Shown: positions 62,381-64,000 of the stretch, one piece after another
Numbering within the stretch: the stretch's first letter is position 1
Layout of the letters: every line of letters starts with the position of its first letter
Source: Malacoraja senta
Lineage: Eukaryota
Length of the DNA: 64,000 nucleotides
Assembly (NCBI GenBank): GCA_038087875.1
Contig: CM075995.1
Location: 5,768,001 to 5,832,000, forward strand
Direction of reading: 5' to 3'
Translations under genes and position numbers: made by a program
The notes under the pieces: model-generated
What the model was told of the DNA's origin: nothing
Databases searched by the model: none
Seen by the model: the letters and a program-made list of their open reading frames with translations, nothing else

Positions 62381-62919
62381 AATATGGATTAAGCTCAATT
62401 TAAAGTGCAAGTGTTTCATTATATTTGATAAAAAGAAAGGAAATCAATTTTAAACAATTGTCTATAGATCAATGGAAGGAAATATTTAACGTCTTCAACG
62501 TTTTTCATCAATTAAATCATGTATTTTAACTATTCACTTGCTTTAGTTTTATTGGCCTAAGAGTGACCTATAAATTACTTTTGAAATAACCTCTCAAAAA
62601 CCTTATTTTGTGGGAGGGAGGGTGGTGGGTAAAAAGGGATGAAGAGAACAACAAATATCTACTACCTTTGCTTTCTAACATTCCACCAGAATGGTGGTAC
62701 CAAAATTTAAATTCTTATATGGCCATGGTTAGGACTCTTTGTGGAAATCATTACAATGTATCCTCTTAATTAATCATTTTAAGGCACTTAAGTGTGATGA
62801 GTGATGAGCATTTACTGATCCCTTAATATTTTATATACACTGGAATATAAACCCAATTTTCAATCAGCCGTCATAATTTTTAATCCTTCCAGCAAGTCTC
62901 CCCCCTTTTTTAAAAAAAG

Positions 62920-63960
62920 ATTGCAAAAGCAACCACACAGTGAACAGTAAGGCATTATACAAACAGGTACTGGAGTGAATTGTGCGATGAAATCCAAGCT
63001 GCAAGTGACTGTGGAAACCTTTGTGCTGTGCACAATGGCATAAACTGAGCAATTGGTCCAACCGTCTCCAAGATTGCTCCTTTGAAATCTGCAGATGGCA
63101 CTGTCTTCACTGACAAAAGGAAGCAGATAGAAAGCTGGGTGGAACACGACTCGCAGTTATGTTCATGCAAGGTTGACTTCTCCCCTGCAGCTCCTGATGC
63201 CCTCCCTCAGGTGCCAGTGATGAGTGAGTTCGAAGATGAACCACCCCTGCATGAACTGGATAAAGCCTGTCAACCAGGAAGGCTCCGGAACAGGATGGCA
63301 TATCTGCGAAACTCTTTTAAGTATGGAAACTATCAACTCTTGCTATATCTGCACTCCCTTCTCCTGCTCTGCTGGCACGAGGGTGGTGTCCCTCAAGACG
63401 TGTAATACCATCATCGTTACAGTGTGTAAGAACAAGAGAGATCGCAGCGATAGCAACAACTGCAACTGCAAGGGCGTATCTCTTCTAAGTGGTACAGGAA
63501 AGGGCTTGTGATCCTCAAGCAGAAATGTCTACGGCTTGGATGTGTACACAGGACAGGAAATGGACGCATCACCAAAGATGTGCTATATGTGGTGGAAGCA
63601 AAGGGGAAGACTAAAGCTTCGCCACAAGGATACGATTAAAAGAGATACGAAAAATGCTAACATTGGCATTGACAATTGGGAAGTGGCTGTCGAGGACCCA
63701 TGGAGGTGGAGGAAGGACCTCGAGGCAATTATGAAGCATCACATTAGCATAAGGTTCAAGAACCTGGAAGCCAGGCGCACACGCACAAATTGATCAACAG
63801 CAACGTACTCTCCTGTCTAACGGTCAGAGACAACTTCACATGTAGAAGCTGTGGGAGTGTCAGCAATAACAGGAATTAGAACCACGGATGACATTCCCTG
63901 CTCCAAACAAGATAACATCAAAGCCACACTGTCATCTCTCGCAGATGGACGGATGCTAAC
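62920..63960 (+). mobile_element. Decayed RTE-clade LINE
   Basis: PLKSADG..WVEH, K.K.DRSD..N..GVSLLS.TGK and RGR.KLR.KDTIKRD fragments. Confidence 0.7.
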
Positions 63961-64000
63961 TTAAAAGTCCCCTTCAATACTGTGTGGGCCCAAACAGGAT

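Overview
Repeat-dense vertebrate genomic DNA. The repeat complement (HER1/CR1-type LINEs, HE1-like V-SINEs, Rex/Babar, Tx1, RTE, Penelope) points to a cartilaginous fish, probably a skate or ray (inference). The only confidently identified host gene segment is the terminal coding exon of RP9 on the minus strand (54989-55163). Two GC-rich candidate first exons of a further minus-strand gene lie at ~13.0 kb and ~16.8 kb. Almost all long ORFs in the supplied track are retrotransposon-derived or antisense to retrotransposons. The most interesting signal is a family of ~90-220 bp insertions derived from the 3' pseudo-LTR of a Neptune-type Penelope-like element (PLE). Many carry a minimal type I hammerhead-ribozyme motif (CUGAAGA-N-stem II-GAAA-CG-UH). 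They are flanked by 11-18 bp target duplications, one of which is confirmed by an empty paralogous site inside the window, and several form inverted dimers. Also present: a non-autonomous Helitron with a duplicated 5' end, several hAT and Harbinger MITEs with exact TSDs, and multi-level nested insertions. Family names come from motif recognition, not database searches, and the boundaries of decayed repeats are approximate.
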